From a virus: DNA of 45,003 nt. Position numbers and translations under genes: made by a program. This document shows, one piece after another, positions 44,658 to 45,003 of this stretch (position 1 is the stretch's first letter; every line of letters begins with the position of its first letter). Location of the stretch: UHGV virus genome UHGV-0019907; one strand, given 5' to 3'. Below the pieces are notes generated by a model. That model was not told where the DNA came from, did no database searches, and was given only the letters and a program-made list of their open reading frames with translations.

Positions 44658-45003
44658 ATGAGCGCAGGCAGCCGTCAAATAACCCAGATTAGCAAGGAAA
44701 CGGTACGCGGTGTAACACCCGAACCGTTTGATCGAATTTCACTCCCGTTTACAGAGATTTCCGTAGACAGCACAGCCAACCGTGAAGATTCAGCAACCAT
44801 TATAAACAGCCGACTAGCGCAGTCTGGCGCATTAACCACCATTGACTACGAGGGCGATATTTCAGCCGAGTTTCGATATGGCATTTATGACGACCTAATT
44901 GCAGGCGCGGCATACAATACTTGGACTACCGATAACCCAGACGAGGGAACAGATACACTGATTTTCGGTGGCAACTTGGCACAGTCATTCAGCGTATTGC
45001 GCG
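44658..45003 (+). CDS. major tail protein, N-terminal part (continues at 1..587)
   Basis: GGAG RBS before the ATG at 44658. The ORF runs off the window end and rejoins the frame at nt 1-3. Confidence 0.6.
   Translation, partial: MSAGSRQITQISKETVRGVTPEPFDRISLPFTEISVDSTANREDSATIINSRLAQSGALTTIDYEGDISAEFRYGIYDDLIAGAAYNTWTTDNPDEGTDTLIFGGNLAQSFSVLR

Noticed and set aside
1-45003. Search for integrase, excisionase, CI/Cro repressor pair, CRISPR array, reverse transcriptase (retron or DGR), and toxin with a recognisable catalytic motif.
   Set aside because: No tyrosine or serine recombinase motifs were seen (R..H..R..Y pattern, or resolvase N-terminal Ser). No tandem direct repeats with spacers and no RT YxDD block were seen.
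HMM searches are needed to confirm their absence.

Overview
This window looks like a complete, circularly joined ~45 kb siphovirus genome of AT-rich (Acinetobacter-like) composition. The last ORF (44658..45003) continues in frame into the first (1..587), giving one major tail protein gene across the window junction. The + strand from the junction to 12.8 kb carries the tail and lysis genes (G/GT chaperones with a lambda-like GGGAAAG -1 frameshift, tape measure, GTA-type tail-tip module, pectate-lyase tailspike, holin, GH108 endolysin). The - strand at 12.8-22.2 kb carries an early module (SSB, HNH endonuclease, ThyX, MazG-like, exonuclease plus ERF recombinase, VRR-NUC, DNA methyltransferase, SF2 helicase, DUF559 nuclease). 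A + strand TOPRIM/P-loop primase-helicase lies at 22.2-25.4 kb, and a - strand Bro-N antirepressor at 25.5-26.4 kb. The remaining + strand arm holds an HTH/triple-zinc-ribbon regulator, TerS, TerL, portal, HNH-AP2 endonuclease, Mu-F-like protein, scaffold, major capsid and neck genes. I found no integrase, no CI-like repressor and no CRISPR array. The points most worth a second look are: (1) three dispersed paralogous small genes with an 'APEGA...KPL' signature whose stop codons sit inside terminator loops; (2) a ~580 bp non-coding, highly structured segment after terminase with tRNA-like minihelix motifs; (3) two repeated DNA cassettes, one a palindromic 30-mer after terminators and one a conserved moron 5' leader; (4) a cluster of five tiny membrane-peptide genes behind an HNH-AP2 endonuclease; and (5) an AT-rich DUF559 nuclease operon with a palindromic operator. 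All family names are motif-level recognitions made by eye and need HMM or BLAST confirmation.
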